This document shows positions 9,694 through 20,508 of a stretch of 64,000 nt of DNA, piece by piece (position 1 is the stretch's first letter; each line of letters opens with the position of its first letter). The stretch covers positions 73,525 through 137,524 of the forward strand of contig CALXXE010000005.1 in the NCBI GenBank assembly GCA_944392605.1. The letters run 5' to 3'. This stretch comes from an uncultured Clostridia bacterium (GTDB lineage: Bacteria > Bacillota > Clostridia > TANB77 > CAG-508). The notes beneath the pieces are model-generated. The model was not told the origin of the DNA. It made no database searches and was given only the letters and a program-made list of their open reading frames with translations. Both the position numbers and the translations under genes were made by a program.

Positions 9694-10431
9694 TTGTTTA
9701 TGTTTGTAATAAATCAAAAAAGAATAAAAATCATATTGGCTTTTTTATTAATTTCTTTATTTACTTTTTCATGTAGCACTGTGAAAAATCAAAATAATAA
9801 TTTAACAAATGAAACAATTGAAACAACAGCAACTCCGGTATCGGGAAAGACAGTAATATTAGATGCAGGACATGGAACCCCTGATGAAGGAGCGCAAAGT
9901 AGTGATGGGGTAACAGAAGCGGAAACTAATTTAAAAATAACATTAAAAGTACAAAAATTATTAGAGCAAAATGGTTGTAATGTAATCCTAACACGTTCTG
10001 ATGATAATGCGATTTATGATTTAGATAGCAAAACTTTAAGACAAAAAAAAGTATCTGATATTAAAAATAGAGTAAAAATAGGAAATGAATCCTCAGCAGA
10101 TGTCTTTGTATCTATTCACTTAAATAAAATATCTGAGTCACAATATTATGGTTGGCAATGTTTTTATAATACTAAGAGCGAGAAAAGTATTGATTTAGCT
10201 AAAAGTATACAGGAAAGTTTAAATGAAGCAATAGAAAAGGAAAATAATAGAGTTGCAATGAAATTAAATAGTGTATATATAATGAAAAATGTTGAAATTC
10301 CCATATCGATTGTAGAATGTGGATTTTTGTCAAATCCAGAAGAGGAAAAGCAACTTTTAGAAGATAGTTATCAGGAAAGATTGGCATGGGGAATTTATAA
10401 CGGAATAATGGAATATTTTTTAGAATCTTAA
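9694..10431 (+). CDS. cwlD: N-acetylmuramoyl-L-alanine amidase, CwlD-like (Amidase_3)
   Basis: VILDAGHG..., VSIHLN, VECGFLSNPEEE motifs; N-terminal signal anchor; start TTG 9694 or ATG 9700. Confidence 0.8.
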   Translation: MFMFVINQKRIKIILAFLLISLFTFSCSTVKNQNNNLTNETIETTATPVSGKTVILDAGHGTPDEGAQSSDGVTEAETNLKITLKVQKLLEQNGCNVILTRSDDNAIYDLDSKTLRQKKVSDIKNRVKIGNESSADVFVSIHLNKISESQYYGWQCFYNTKSEKSIDLAKSIQESLNEAIEKENNRVAMKLNSVYIMKNVEIPISIVECGFLSNPEEEKQLLEDSYQERLAWGIYNGIMEYFLES

Positions 10432-10522
10432 GCAAAATAAGTGTAGAAATGCACAAATTTTGCTTTTTTTTAGTAAAAGTGGTATAATAGAAGTGTAGTA
10501 AAACGCAAAGGAGGAAACAATT

Positions 10523-11539
10523 ATGGGAGATATTTTATATTATGATGGTAGAAGAAAAAGAAATGAGTTTAAAGAAGGATTAAGAGTAGATACAAATAGT
10601 TCTAGTAGTAGAAGACAGGAAAGTGATAGAGTAAGTTATATTGGTGATAGAATAGCTCCAGGGACTCCAAAGCAAAGACTTAATCACAGAAGATTAAGAA
10701 GAGAAGCTGAACTTTATTATAGTTTACCAGAAAAAGAAAAAATTTGGATGCAAAAAAGAAGAATAAAACAATCTGAAAGTAAAAAATTTAGAGAAGGAAA
10801 GATAAAAGGATATAGGGTTTCTGAAGAACATAAAAGATATACAGCATTGCAAAGAGGTAAAGTTACATTGATGTTACTTCTTGCAATGGGCGTAGGAGCA
10901 TTAGGAATAAATGCTGCAGTTCAAGCTAATACAAATTCTCAAAATGAAAAGCAATTTGAAGAACTTGCGCAAAATATGGATGTATTAGAGCAATTAGGAG
11001 TAAGCCAAGAAACTGCAAATGAGATACAATCTTTGCAGGCTGAACTAAGTAGTGAAGATATAGATAGTTTAAGTAATGATGAATTGTTAAGCTTAGGTAG
11101 AAGAGTCGAAAGTGCACAAATGGATGTACTAAAAGGAAAATTAGCAGATACTTTGGGAGTTAGTGAAGACCAAATAACAATAACACCAAATTATTCATTG
11201 AGTGCAAATGAAAGCTCAACAGCGTCAGTAAGAGTAACTAAAGATGGAGAAGAAACAATATATAATACAGGAGATTTTCTAGACTGGGATAATAATATTT
11301 CACAAGAAATAACAGATGGTATATTAAATTTAGGAGATACTCAAACTGTAAATTCAAAAGTAGCAAGTGGAGAGTTTGATAGAGAAGGTGCTATAGACCA
11401 ATATAGATCAGGTGTAGATAGTGCAAAAGATATTGCTAGAAAACAAATGAGTATTGATGGAAATGGAAGGATATCTTTAAGTTCAGTATCTCAAGAAGAG
11501 ATAGATGCATTAATACAAAATAATGATGAAGAAAGATAA
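10523..11539 (+). CDS. Hypothetical type-II membrane protein (basic N-terminus, one TM, acidic ectodomain)
   Basis: 338-aa ORF with AGGAGG SD; TM VTLMLLLAMGVGALGINAAV; no family recognised. Confidence 0.6.
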   Translation: MGDILYYDGRRKRNEFKEGLRVDTNSSSSRRQESDRVSYIGDRIAPGTPKQRLNHRRLRREAELYYSLPEKEKIWMQKRRIKQSESKKFREGKIKGYRVSEEHKRYTALQRGKVTLMLLLAMGVGALGINAAVQANTNSQNEKQFEELAQNMDVLEQLGVSQETANEIQSLQAELSSEDIDSLSNDELLSLGRRVESAQMDVLKGKLADTLGVSEDQITITPNYSLSANESSTASVRVTKDGEETIYNTGDFLDWDNNISQEITDGILNLGDTQTVNSKVASGEFDREGAIDQYRSGVDSAKDIARKQMSIDGNGRISLSSVSQEEIDALIQNNDEER

Positions 11540-11560
11540 TTTAATAAATGTATAAAATTA

Positions 11561-11615
11561 CCACTCTTTGTAAACAATATGTGTAAAACATATTTACAAG
11601 GAGTGGAATTTTTTT
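11561..11615 (+). terminator. Long hairpin plus T-tract between the upstream gene and the giant ORF; the 3' arm contains the giant ORF's SD
   Basis: CCACTCTTTGTAAA (11561-11574) pairs with TTTACAAGGAGTGG (11593-11606), one G-U pair, then AATTTTTTT running into the TTG start at 11614. Confidence 0.6.
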
Positions 11616-14600
11616 GAGAGCGAATAAAATATTAAAAATAAATGGAACGCCATTAGATAAAGCGCAGTTAGAAAATCATTTGCAAAAAATTGCATCTTCA
11701 CATAATTTAGTAGGAAAATCATCTAAAGATACCTATCCGATACCGCATTTATTAGAAAGTTTTAAAGTTATACAAGAAGTGTATAACTTACTAAATGAGC
11801 ACTTAAAACTAGGAATAGGCGTACATCCTGCAGGTGAGTGGTTGCTTGATAATTTATATGTGATAGAAGAATGTGTAAAACAGATTGAAAAAGAATTAAC
11901 ATTAAAAAAATATATGAGTTTTTTAGGAATTGCAAATGGACAATATCAAGGGTTTGCAAGGATATATGTATTAGCATCTGAAATAGTAGCATATACAGAT
12001 AATAGAATAGAGAGAAAAGATTTAGAAGATTACCTTGCAAGCTATCAAACTAAAAAAACTCTTAGTATGGAAGAAATATGGAATATAGGAATGTTTCTTG
12101 AAATTGCTATAATCGAAAATGTTAGAGAAGTTTGTGAAAAAATTTATATATCGCAAATGGAGAAATATAAAGCAGAAAACATAGTAGAAAGATTAGTAGA
12201 GAGTAAAACAAAACAAAATCAGATATTTAAAAGTAATGGGTTTAAGAAAATAGAAAAAAATGTATTAAACGATATGCAATATTCTTTTGTAGAATATATG
12301 TCATATATTTTAAAAAGATATGGAAAAAAAGGATATAGTTATTTAAGAACACTAGAAGAAGTAATAGAACTTACTGGAACTACTGTATCAGAAATTATAA
12401 AGAAAGAGCATTTTGATATAGCTGTAAGAAAGGTATCAATTGGAAATAGTATTACTAGTATAAAAAAGATACAAAGGATTAACTTCTTAGAAATATTTGA
12501 AAAAATAAATGGAGTAGAAGAATTATTAAAACAAGACCCAAGTTGTGTTTATGAAAGGATGGATAATAAGACAAAGGAATATTATAGAAATAAGATAAAA
12601 GAAATATCTAAGAAAACAAAAATATCAGAAATATATATAACAAGAAAATTACTAGAAATAGCAAATAGAAATGAAGGTAAAGGTAAGAAAAGTCACATTG
12701 GATATTATCTAATAGACGACGGAATAGAGGAACTATATAAATCTTTAAAATATAAAAGAAGAAATTATATTAATGAAAAGGAAAAAACTAAGATTTATAT
12801 TACTTTGATATTTGTATTTAGTCTAGTAATTTCTTTTTATTTAGCAAACATTCTAAATAAATATATTAATAATTCTGTTATTTTAATAATTTCTTGGATT
12901 TTATTTTTTATACCCGCGTCAGAATTTGTAAACCAAGTAATATCCTATATATTAAGTAAAATCGTAAAACCAAAATTAATACCTAAGTTAGACTTCTCTA
13001 AAGGAATAGATAAAGAAAATAGTACCATGGTAGTTATACCAACTATAGTAAATTCTAAGGAAAAGGTAAAAGAATTATTAAATAAACTTGAAGTGTTTTA
13101 TTTAGCAAATAAATCAGAAAATATATATTTTTGTTTACTTGGAGATTGTACAGAAAGTAGTAAAAAAGAAGAAAGTTTTGATATAGATGTAATAGAGGAA
13201 GGAAAAAGCCAAATAGAAAAATTAAATGAGAAATATAAAAATTCTAGTAAAATTCCTATTTTTAATTTTATATATAGGAGAAGAGAATGGAATGAAAAAG
13301 AAGGTTCATATTTAGGTTGGGAAAGAAAAAGAGGAATGCTTTCACAGTTTAATGAATATCTACTTGGAAATTTGAATAATCCATTTAGAGAAAATACAAT
13401 TGAAAATCATGAAAATAAAGAAGAAATAAGAGAAGAATTAAAAAATATCAAATATATAATAACATTAGATGCAGATACAGACTTAATATTAGATTCAGCA
13501 GCTGGGCTTATAGGTGCGATGGCTCATATTTTAAATAAACCAGAGATAGATAAAAAAACAAATATAGTGACAGCTGGGTATGGAATTATGCAGCCAAGAA
13601 TAGGTATAAATCTAAATGTAAGTAATTATAACTTATTTACAAAGATATTTGCAGGAGCAGGAGGAATAGACTCATATACAAATGCAATTTCTGATTTATA
13701 TCAAGATAATTTTAAAGAAGGAATCTTTACAGGAAAAGGAATTTATGATTTAAAAGTATATTCTAAGGTATTAAAAGACCAAATACCAGAAAATACAGTC
13801 CTTAGCCATGATTTGTTAGAAGGTTGCTATTTGAGATGTGGTTTAGTTTCAGATATAATGTTAATGGATGGATATCCAACAAAATATAATAGCTTTATGA
13901 ATAGATTATCTAGGTGGATAAGAGGAGATGTACAAATTGTAAAATGGATATCTTCTAAAAAGCATTTGAGTTTATTATCTAGGTATAAGATTTTAGATAA
14001 TATAAGAAGAAGCTTATTAGAGATAAGTATAATACTTTCAATAGTTTTTTCGTCAATAATAGGTGTAATCTATAATAAAAATGTTTATGGAATAATTATG
14101 ATATTACTCGGTGTGACTATAATTCCATTTATATTAGAATTTATAAATTACTTAATATTTAAGAAAAATGGTGAACAAAAACAAAAAACATTTACACCTA
14201 AGATAACAGGGGTAAAAGGAAGTTTTATAAGAGGAATGTTCACTTTAGGTTGCCTTCCGTATAAAGCTTATGTATCATTAAAGGCTATTTTAGTAAGCTC
14301 ATATAGAATAATTTTTAGTCATAAACATTTATTAGAATGGATGACATCAGAAGAAGCTGAGAAACAGGCAAAGGAAGATTTGGCTTCATATATAAAACAA
14401 ATGATAGTAAATGTTATTATAGGTTTGATTTGTTTACTTACAGGAAATATCTTTTTTATTTGTTTAGGAATTTATTGGATAATAACGCCAGGTATTATGT
14501 GGTATATAAGTAAAAGAAAAAAGGAAGAGAAACCTATAGAAGAATTAAATATTGATGAAAAAGAATATATAAAAGAAATAGGGAAAAGAACGTGGGATTT

Positions 14601-17600
14601 CTTTAATACTTATTTGATTAAAGAAAATAACTATTTAATTACTGATAATTATCAAGAAGATAGAAAAGAAAAGATTGTTCAAAGAACTTCGTCTACAAAT
14701 ATAGGATTGTCACTTCTTGCAGTTATTTCGGCAAATGATTTAGGTTATATAAATAGAGAAAAAGCTTTGGAGTTGTTAAAAGAAATGTTATTTACAATAG
14801 AGAGTCTTCCTAAATGGAATGGACATTTATATAATTGGTATCAAATTAGGACAAAAGAACCATTAATACCAAGATATGTATCAACAGTAGATAGTGGTAA
14901 TTTTGTAGGATACCTTTTTGTTGTAAAGTCATTTTTAAAAGATGTTATTAATGAAGATAAAAAATATATAGATGAAAAAGCAAAAGGAAATATAAATAAA
15001 GAAGAGGTAGAAAATTTAATAATATTAGTAAATAATTTAATAAAAAATACAGATTTTTCAGTATTATATAAAAACGAACTACAAATGTTTTCAATTGGGT
15101 TTAATATAGAAGAAAATAAATTGACAGATTCATATTATGATTTATTGGCATCAGAGGCAAGACAAGCAAGCATAGTTGCAATTGCTAAAAAAGATGTACC
15201 ATCAAAACATTGGAACAGTTTAAGTAGAACCTTAACAACTTTGGAAAACTATAAAGGATTGATTTCTTGGTCTGGTACAGCCTTTGAATATTTAATGCCA
15301 GATATAAATATACCAAGATATGTTGGGAGTCTTCTTGATGAGTCTTGTAAATTTATGATAATGAGCCAAAAAGAGTATAGTAAAAGGTTAAATATACCTT
15401 GGGGGATTTCAGAAGCAGCATTCAATGTAAAAGACTTAAAGTCAAATTATCAATATAAAGCTTTTGGAATACCTTGGCTTGGTTTAAAGAGAGGTTTAGG
15501 AGATGAACTTGTTGTATCTAGTTATGGAAGTATTTTAGCAATTTCTGATGTACCAAAAGAAGAAGTCCAAAATTTAAAAAGATTAGAGAAAGAAGGAATG
15601 TATGAGAAGTTTGGCTTTTATGAGTCAATAGATTATACACCAGAAAGAGTAGAAAAAGGAAAAACTTCAAGTATTGTAAAAACATATATGGCACATCATC
15701 AAGGATTAATACTTCTGTCAATAAATAATTTATTTAATGATAGAATTTTAACAAAAAGGTTTATGGAAAATCCTGAATTAGAAGCAGTAAGTATATTGCT
15801 ACAAGAAACAATGCCGGAGACAGCAATTATAACAAAGGAAAAGAAAGAAAAGGTAGAAAAACTAAAATATAAAGATTATGAAGATTATATAAAAACAACT
15901 TACAATAAAATTGATAATAGGTTAATTACAGGAAATGTGATTTCAAGTCAAGATTATGTAATAGCAATGAATCAAAAAGGAGAAGGAGTAAGTAAATATA
16001 AAGATATTTATATAAATAGGTTTAAGCCTACAGATGACTATTCTCAAGGAATATTTTTTGTTATGAAAAATATTAAGACAAAAAGATTGTGGAGCTCTAA
16101 TTATTTATTTAATGATAAAAAAGAAAATTATCAAATAAGTTTTATGCCAGATAAAAACGAACAAGAAATAATAGAAGGAAATATAAAAACAAAAATAAAA
16201 ACAACAATCAGCTCAACAGAGCCGGTTGAATTAAGAAGAGTAACATTGGAAAACCAAGGAAATGATGAAGAAATAGTAGAAGTAACGGTTTATTTTGAAC
16301 CAGTATTAACAAAAAAGGAAGATGACTATGCTCATCCTGTATTTAATAATTTATTCTTAATAACAAAATTTGACGAAAAGACAAATAGTTTAATTATAAA
16401 GAGGAAGAAAAGAGAACCAAATACAAAAGAAATGTATTTAGATGCAACGTTATCCACAAATAGTGAAACAATTGGGGATTTAGAGTATGAAATTAGTGAA
16501 TCAAAGTTCATAGGAAGAGGAAATCTTGGAATACCAAAAATGATAGAAAAAGGAATACCATTATCTAAAAAGATTGGGTTAGTTACAGAGCCTATTGTTG
16601 CTATGAAGAGAACTGTAAAAGTGAAGTCTCAAACTAAAATTAATATTGATTTTATATTAAGTGTAGGAGAAGATGAAGAGCAAGTAAAGAATAACTTAGA
16701 AAAATATAGAAATTATGAAAATGTAAAAAAGGAGTTTGAATTATCAAAGGCAAGAATAGAAGCAGAAAGTAGATATTTAAGAGTAAAGGGAAAAGAAATT
16801 GCGATATATCAAAAAATATTATCTTATATAATTTTCGATAATCCAGTTAAAGGAGAAAAATTGAAAAAGATAAATCCTGAAGAATATAAACAAAGCAATC
16901 TTTGGAAATATGGAATATCAGGAGATTTGCCGATAATACTTGTTAAAATAAGAGACGTAAATGATAGTTTTATTGTAAAAGAAGTATTAAAAGCATATGA
17001 ATTTTTTAGAACTAAAAATGTAGAAACTGAGCTAGTTATTTTAGATGAAGAAAAACATAGCTATGAAAATTATGTAAGAGAAGAAATTGAAAATGAAATA
17101 TTAAATAGACATATATCATATTTAAAAAATATAAGAGGTGGTATTTTTACACTTGTAAAAAGTGAAGTAGATAAAAAAGATATATGTCTATTGGAATTAA
17201 TTTCGTGTGTTACAGTCGATGGTAAAAAAGGAGGATTAGAGAATAATATAAGAGATTTAGAAGAAGAATATTTAGATAAGTATAAATCAGTAAATGAAAC
17301 TGAAACAAATTCAATACTACAAGATGAAGAAGATAAAGATATTGATATACTAGAAAATAGTGAAAAGCTAAAGTATTACAATGAATATGGTGGCTTTTCT
17401 GAAGATGGAAAAGAATATTTAATAAGAATAAATAAAGAAAATAGACTACCTACCATTTGGTGTAACATTTTAGCAAATGAAAAGTTTGGAACTGTAGTAA
17501 CAGAAAATATGGGAGGATACAGTTGGTTTAAAAACAGTAGATTGAATAGAGTGACAGCTTGGGATAATAATCCTAGTTTAGATGTACCAAGCGAAATTAT

Positions 17601-19755
17601 TTATATGAAAGAAGAAAACGGAAAAACTTGGTCTTTAGGTTTAAATCCAATGCCAGATAATAGAAACTATAATGTTATTTATGGTTTTGGATATGTAAGA
17701 TATATACACAAAAGTTCAGGGATAGAACAAGAGTTGGAAGTTTTTGTGCCAAAAGAAGAACCTTGTAAAGTAAGTATCTTAAGCTTAAAAAATACAACGC
17801 CAAACAGGAAAAAGATAAAATTATATTATTATATAAAACCAGTACTAGGAGAAGATGAAATAAAAACAAATGGATATTTAAATGTAATATTTGACAAAAA
17901 TAATAATATTGTACATGCTAAAAATCTTTATAAAAGAGAAGAACAAGATTATTATATATATTTATCTTGTAGTGAAAAAATAGAATCTTTTACAGGAGAT
18001 AAAAATTCGTTTTTAGGAATAGGAGGTTTATCTAATCCACAAGGAGTAAAAAAGGTAAGACTTAATAATGACTCAGGTTTAGGTAAAAAATCTTGTATGG
18101 TGTTTTCTATTGAAGTAGAACTTGAAAGTTATGCTAGTAAAGAAATATCATTTGTATTAGGTGCAGATGAAAGTTTGATTGATTGTAAAAATATTTCTTA
18201 CAAATATAGTAAATTAAACAATTGTAAACAAGAATTACAAGCTACTAAAAAAGCTTGGAAAGATATTTTAGGAAGATTACAAGTGTATACTCCACTAGAG
18301 TCTACAAATATTTTATTAAATGGATGGATAACTTATCAAACTATTGTAAGTAGACTTCTTGGAAGAAGTGGATATTATCAATCAGGTGGAGCGTTTGGCT
18401 TCAGAGACCAACTTCAAGATACTTTAGGTTTAAAATATTTAGATGTTAACATTATGAAAAAACAAATAATAAAACACAGTAAGCATCAATTTATAGAAGG
18501 TGATGTAGAACATTGGTGGCATGAAGAAACGGGAAGAGGAATTAGAACAAGATTTTCTGATGATTTATTATGGCTTGTATTTTTAACAATTGAATATATT
18601 AAATTTACAGGTGATAAGAGCATATTAGATATAGAAACACCATTTTCAAAAGGGGATGTACTACAAGAAGGACAAGATGAAAAATATGATAAGTATTTAG
18701 AGTCTGAAGAACAAGGAAGTATATATAATCATTGTATAAGAGCAATAGAAAAATCACTTAATTTTGGAGAAAACAGACTTCCTAAAATTGGTTCAGGGGA
18801 TTGGAATGATGGATTTAGCACAGTAGGGAATAAAGGTAAAGGAGAAAGTATTTGGCTTGGCTTTTTCTTATATGATATTTTAGATAATTTTATTCCTATA
18901 TGTAATGAAAAAGCTGATAAAGAGCTAGGAGAAAAATATGAGAGAATAAAACAAGAGTTAAAAAGAGCATTAAACACAAAAGGTTGGGATGGAAGATGGT
19001 ATAAGAGAGCATATATGGACGATGGAAATATCTTAGGTAGTATGGAAAATGATGAATGTCGAATAGATAGTATTGCACAAAGTTGGAGTATTATATCAAA
19101 TGCAGGAGATAATGATAAGAAATATATTTCGATGGAAAGCTTAGAAAATCATTTAGTTGATAAAGAAAATGGAATTATAAAATTATTAGATCCACCTTTT
19201 GAAAAAGGAAAACTAGAACCTGGTTATATAAAAGCATATTTACCTGGAGTCAGAGAAAATGGAGGACAATATACACATAGTGCAGTATGGGTTATTATTG
19301 CAGAAAGTTTATTAGGGTTTGGTGATAAGGCTTTGGAACTTTATAGAATGATAAATCCAATAGAACATTCAAGAACTAAAGATGCAAGTAATAAATATAA
19401 GGTAGAGCCATACGTCATAGCAGCAGATGTTTATGGACAGGGAAATCTAGTAGGACGTGGTGGTTGGACATGGTATACAGGCTCTAGTAGTTGGTATTAT
19501 AAAGCTGGTATTGAATATATTTTGGGATTAAAAATAGAAAATGGATATATGACAATTGATCCTTGTATTCCAAAAGATTGGAAAGAATACCAAATACAAT
19601 ATAAATGGAAAGATAGTATATATCATATTAATGTTAAAAACCCAAATGGAAAAAATAGAGAGGTTACTAAGGTTATTTTAGATGGTAATGAAGTAGAAAA
19701 TAAAATAAAATTAGATGATTCACGAAAGATTTATCATATAGAAGTGATACTATAA
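11614..19755 (+). CDS. Cyclic beta-1,2-glucan synthase-like giant protein (Cgs/NdvB/ChvB architecture: GT84 core plus GH94-type phosphorylase domain)
   Basis: 2,713 aa, TTG start; TM-embedded ITLDADTD, QPRI, LSHDLLEG; C-terminal FRDQLQD, GSGDWND, GGWTWYTGSSSWYY. Confidence 0.85.
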   Translation: MRANKILKINGTPLDKAQLENHLQKIASSHNLVGKSSKDTYPIPHLLESFKVIQEVYNLLNEHLKLGIGVHPAGEWLLDNLYVIEECVKQIEKELTLKKYMSFLGIANGQYQGFARIYVLASEIVAYTDNRIERKDLEDYLASYQTKKTLSMEEIWNIGMFLEIAIIENVREVCEKIYISQMEKYKAENIVERLVESKTKQNQIFKSNGFKKIEKNVLNDMQYSFVEYMSYILKRYGKKGYSYLRTLEEVIELTGTTVSEIIKKEHFDIAVRKVSIGNSITSIKKIQRINFLEIFEKINGVEELLKQDPSCVYERMDNKTKEYYRNKIKEISKKTKISEIYITRKLLEIANRNEGKGKKSHIGYYLIDDGIEELYKSLKYKRRNYINEKEKTKIYITLIFVFSLVISFYLANILNKYINNSVILIISWILFFIPASEFVNQVISYILSKIVKPKLIPKLDFSKGIDKENSTMVVIPTIVNSKEKVKELLNKLEVFYLANKSENIYFCLLGDCTESSKKEESFDIDVIEEGKSQIEKLNEKYKNSSKIPIFNFIYRRREWNEKEGSYLGWERKRGMLSQFNEYLLGNLNNPFRENTIENHENKEEIREELKNIKYIITLDADTDLILDSAAGLIGAMAHILNKPEIDKKTNIVTAGYGIMQPRIGINLNVSNYNLFTKIFAGAGGIDSYTNAISDLYQDNFKEGIFTGKGIYDLKVYSKVLKDQIPENTVLSHDLLEGCYLRCGLVSDIMLMDGYPTKYNSFMNRLSRWIRGDVQIVKWISSKKHLSLLSRYKILDNIRRSLLEISIILSIVFSSIIGVIYNKNVYGIIMILLGVTIIPFILEFINYLIFKKNGEQKQKTFTPKITGVKGSFIRGMFTLGCLPYKAYVSLKAILVSSYRIIFSHKHLLEWMTSEEAEKQAKEDLASYIKQMIVNVIIGLICLLTGNIFFICLGIYWIITPGIMWYISKRKKEEKPIEELNIDEKEYIKEIGKRTWDFFNTYLIKENNYLITDNYQEDRKEKIVQRTSSTNIGLSLLAVISANDLGYINREKALELLKEMLFTIESLPKWNGHLYNWYQIRTKEPLIPRYVSTVDSGNFVGYLFVVKSFLKDVINEDKKYIDEKAKGNINKEEVENLIILVNNLIKNTDFSVLYKNELQMFSIGFNIEENKLTDSYYDLLASEARQASIVAIAKKDVPSKHWNSLSRTLTTLENYKGLISWSGTAFEYLMPDINIPRYVGSLLDESCKFMIMSQKEYSKRLNIPWGISEAAFNVKDLKSNYQYKAFGIPWLGLKRGLGDELVVSSYGSILAISDVPKEEVQNLKRLEKEGMYEKFGFYESIDYTPERVEKGKTSSIVKTYMAHHQGLILLSINNLFNDRILTKRFMENPELEAVSILLQETMPETAIITKEKKEKVEKLKYKDYEDYIKTTYNKIDNRLITGNVISSQDYVIAMNQKGEGVSKYKDIYINRFKPTDDYSQGIFFVMKNIKTKRLWSSNYLFNDKKENYQISFMPDKNEQEIIEGNIKTKIKTTISSTEPVELRRVTLENQGNDEEIVEVTVYFEPVLTKKEDDYAHPVFNNLFLITKFDEKTNSLIIKRKKREPNTKEMYLDATLSTNSETIGDLEYEISESKFIGRGNLGIPKMIEKGIPLSKKIGLVTEPIVAMKRTVKVKSQTKINIDFILSVGEDEEQVKNNLEKYRNYENVKKEFELSKARIEAESRYLRVKGKEIAIYQKILSYIIFDNPVKGEKLKKINPEEYKQSNLWKYGISGDLPIILVKIRDVNDSFIVKEVLKAYEFFRTKNVETELVILDEEKHSYENYVREEIENEILNRHISYLKNIRGGIFTLVKSEVDKKDICLLELISCVTVDGKKGGLENNIRDLEEEYLDKYKSVNETETNSILQDEEDKDIDILENSEKLKYYNEYGGFSEDGKEYLIRINKENRLPTIWCNILANEKFGTVVTENMGGYSWFKNSRLNRVTAWDNNPSLDVPSEIIYMKEENGKTWSLGLNPMPDNRNYNVIYGFGYVRYIHKSSGIEQELEVFVPKEEPCKVSILSLKNTTPNRKKIKLYYYIKPVLGEDEIKTNGYLNVIFDKNNNIVHAKNLYKREEQDYYIYLSCSEKIESFTGDKNSFLGIGGLSNPQGVKKVRLNNDSGLGKKSCMVFSIEVELESYASKEISFVLGADESLIDCKNISYKYSKLNNCKQELQATKKAWKDILGRLQVYTPLESTNILLNGWITYQTIVSRLLGRSGYYQSGGAFGFRDQLQDTLGLKYLDVNIMKKQIIKHSKHQFIEGDVEHWWHEETGRGIRTRFSDDLLWLVFLTIEYIKFTGDKSILDIETPFSKGDVLQEGQDEKYDKYLESEEQGSIYNHCIRAIEKSLNFGENRLPKIGSGDWNDGFSTVGNKGKGESIWLGFFLYDILDNFIPICNEKADKELGEKYERIKQELKRALNTKGWDGRWYKRAYMDDGNILGSMENDECRIDSIAQSWSIISNAGDNDKKYISMESLENHLVDKENGIIKLLDPPFEKGKLEPGYIKAYLPGVRENGGQYTHSAVWVIIAESLLGFGDKALELYRMINPIEHSRTKDASNKYKVEPYVIAADVYGQGNLVGRGGWTWYTGSSSWYYKAGIEYILGLKIENGYMTIDPCIPKDWKEYQIQYKWKDSIYHINVKNPNGKNREVTKVILDGNEVENKIKLDDSRKIYHIEVIL

Positions 19756-19758
19756 TAC

Positions 19759-19787
19759 TTGAAAATTCACATAAAGTGGAGTATAAT
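19759..19787 (+). promoter_or_regulatory. Sigma-A-type promoter of the island-1 gene
   Basis: TTGAAA (19759-19764), 17-nt spacer, TATAAT (19782-19787), starting 4 nt after the giant ORF's stop codon. Confidence 0.55.
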
Positions 19788-19845
19788 AAAGTGCATAGTC
19801 ACTTTTGTGGCTGGTAGATAGAGGTACTTTAGAGAAAGGAAAAGA

Positions 19846-20487
19846 ATGGAAGTAAAGAAAATAGCAACCTTTAAGGAAATCCCGAGGGTTGCAACTGTAG
19901 GAGAACTTCAAAGTGGGTTCTCTATCCCGAATCCAGGTAAGATGGAGGGAGTACGTAGAGTATACGTTAGCAGAGAAGTTGTAAATGGCTGGAAGAACCA
20001 GTCTTTTACGAGCGATGATTATCCAGACGAGATTCCTGTTATTTATACGGGAAAGATGGAGGAAGATCCCGGAAACGGTGAGAAGCATCCGCTTTTTGTG
20101 ATTCCTATAATTACTAAGCCCTTTGATCTTTATGGCAGGGCAGGATGGTTCGCATGGAAGGAATTTAATAGGATTCTTAGGAGGATGTTGGCTCAGAAAG
20201 GGATAGCAAATATCAGATGTGCCGAAGAATCTGACTTCGAATCTATAGAGATTCCTAAAGGAAGATTTTGGCTTCCTACGCCTACCTTTACTAACGACGA
20301 CAAAAGTCGTACCCATTTTCTCATGAGGTACATGAATGATGGGAAGATTGGGACTTGTGACCTGTATCGTCAAGACGGTGAAGAATATGGTGGGAATCAA
20401 GGCTGCGGAATTCTGGCTTGCGTATCTTTGAACATTCGAGTAAGAGATGATGAACCGACAGAGAAAGCAAGAGGCTTGTGGGATTAA
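19846..20487 (+). CDS. Orphan 213-aa protein in a GC-rich compositional island, unknown function
   Basis: Promoter, AAAGGA SD and terminator are all on the + strand; about 45% GC in the sampled line 19921-19980; AAG/GAG/CCG/CGT codons unlike the host. Confidence 0.7.
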   Translation: MEVKKIATFKEIPRVATVGELQSGFSIPNPGKMEGVRRVYVSREVVNGWKNQSFTSDDYPDEIPVIYTGKMEEDPGNGEKHPLFVIPIITKPFDLYGRAGWFAWKEFNRILRRMLAQKGIANIRCAEESDFESIEIPKGRFWLPTPTFTNDDKSRTHFLMRYMNDGKIGTCDLYRQDGEEYGGNQGCGILACVSLNIRVRDDEPTEKARGLWD

Positions 20488-20508
20488 ATCTCACTAGAGT
20501 ACGTCTTT

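Noticed and set aside
19750-20400. 216-aa ORF on the minus strand, overlapping the island-1 gene
   Set aside because: It has no SD or promoter on that strand. The + strand has a promoter, an SD and a terminator. A long antisense ORF is expected where GC is higher and stop codons are rarer.
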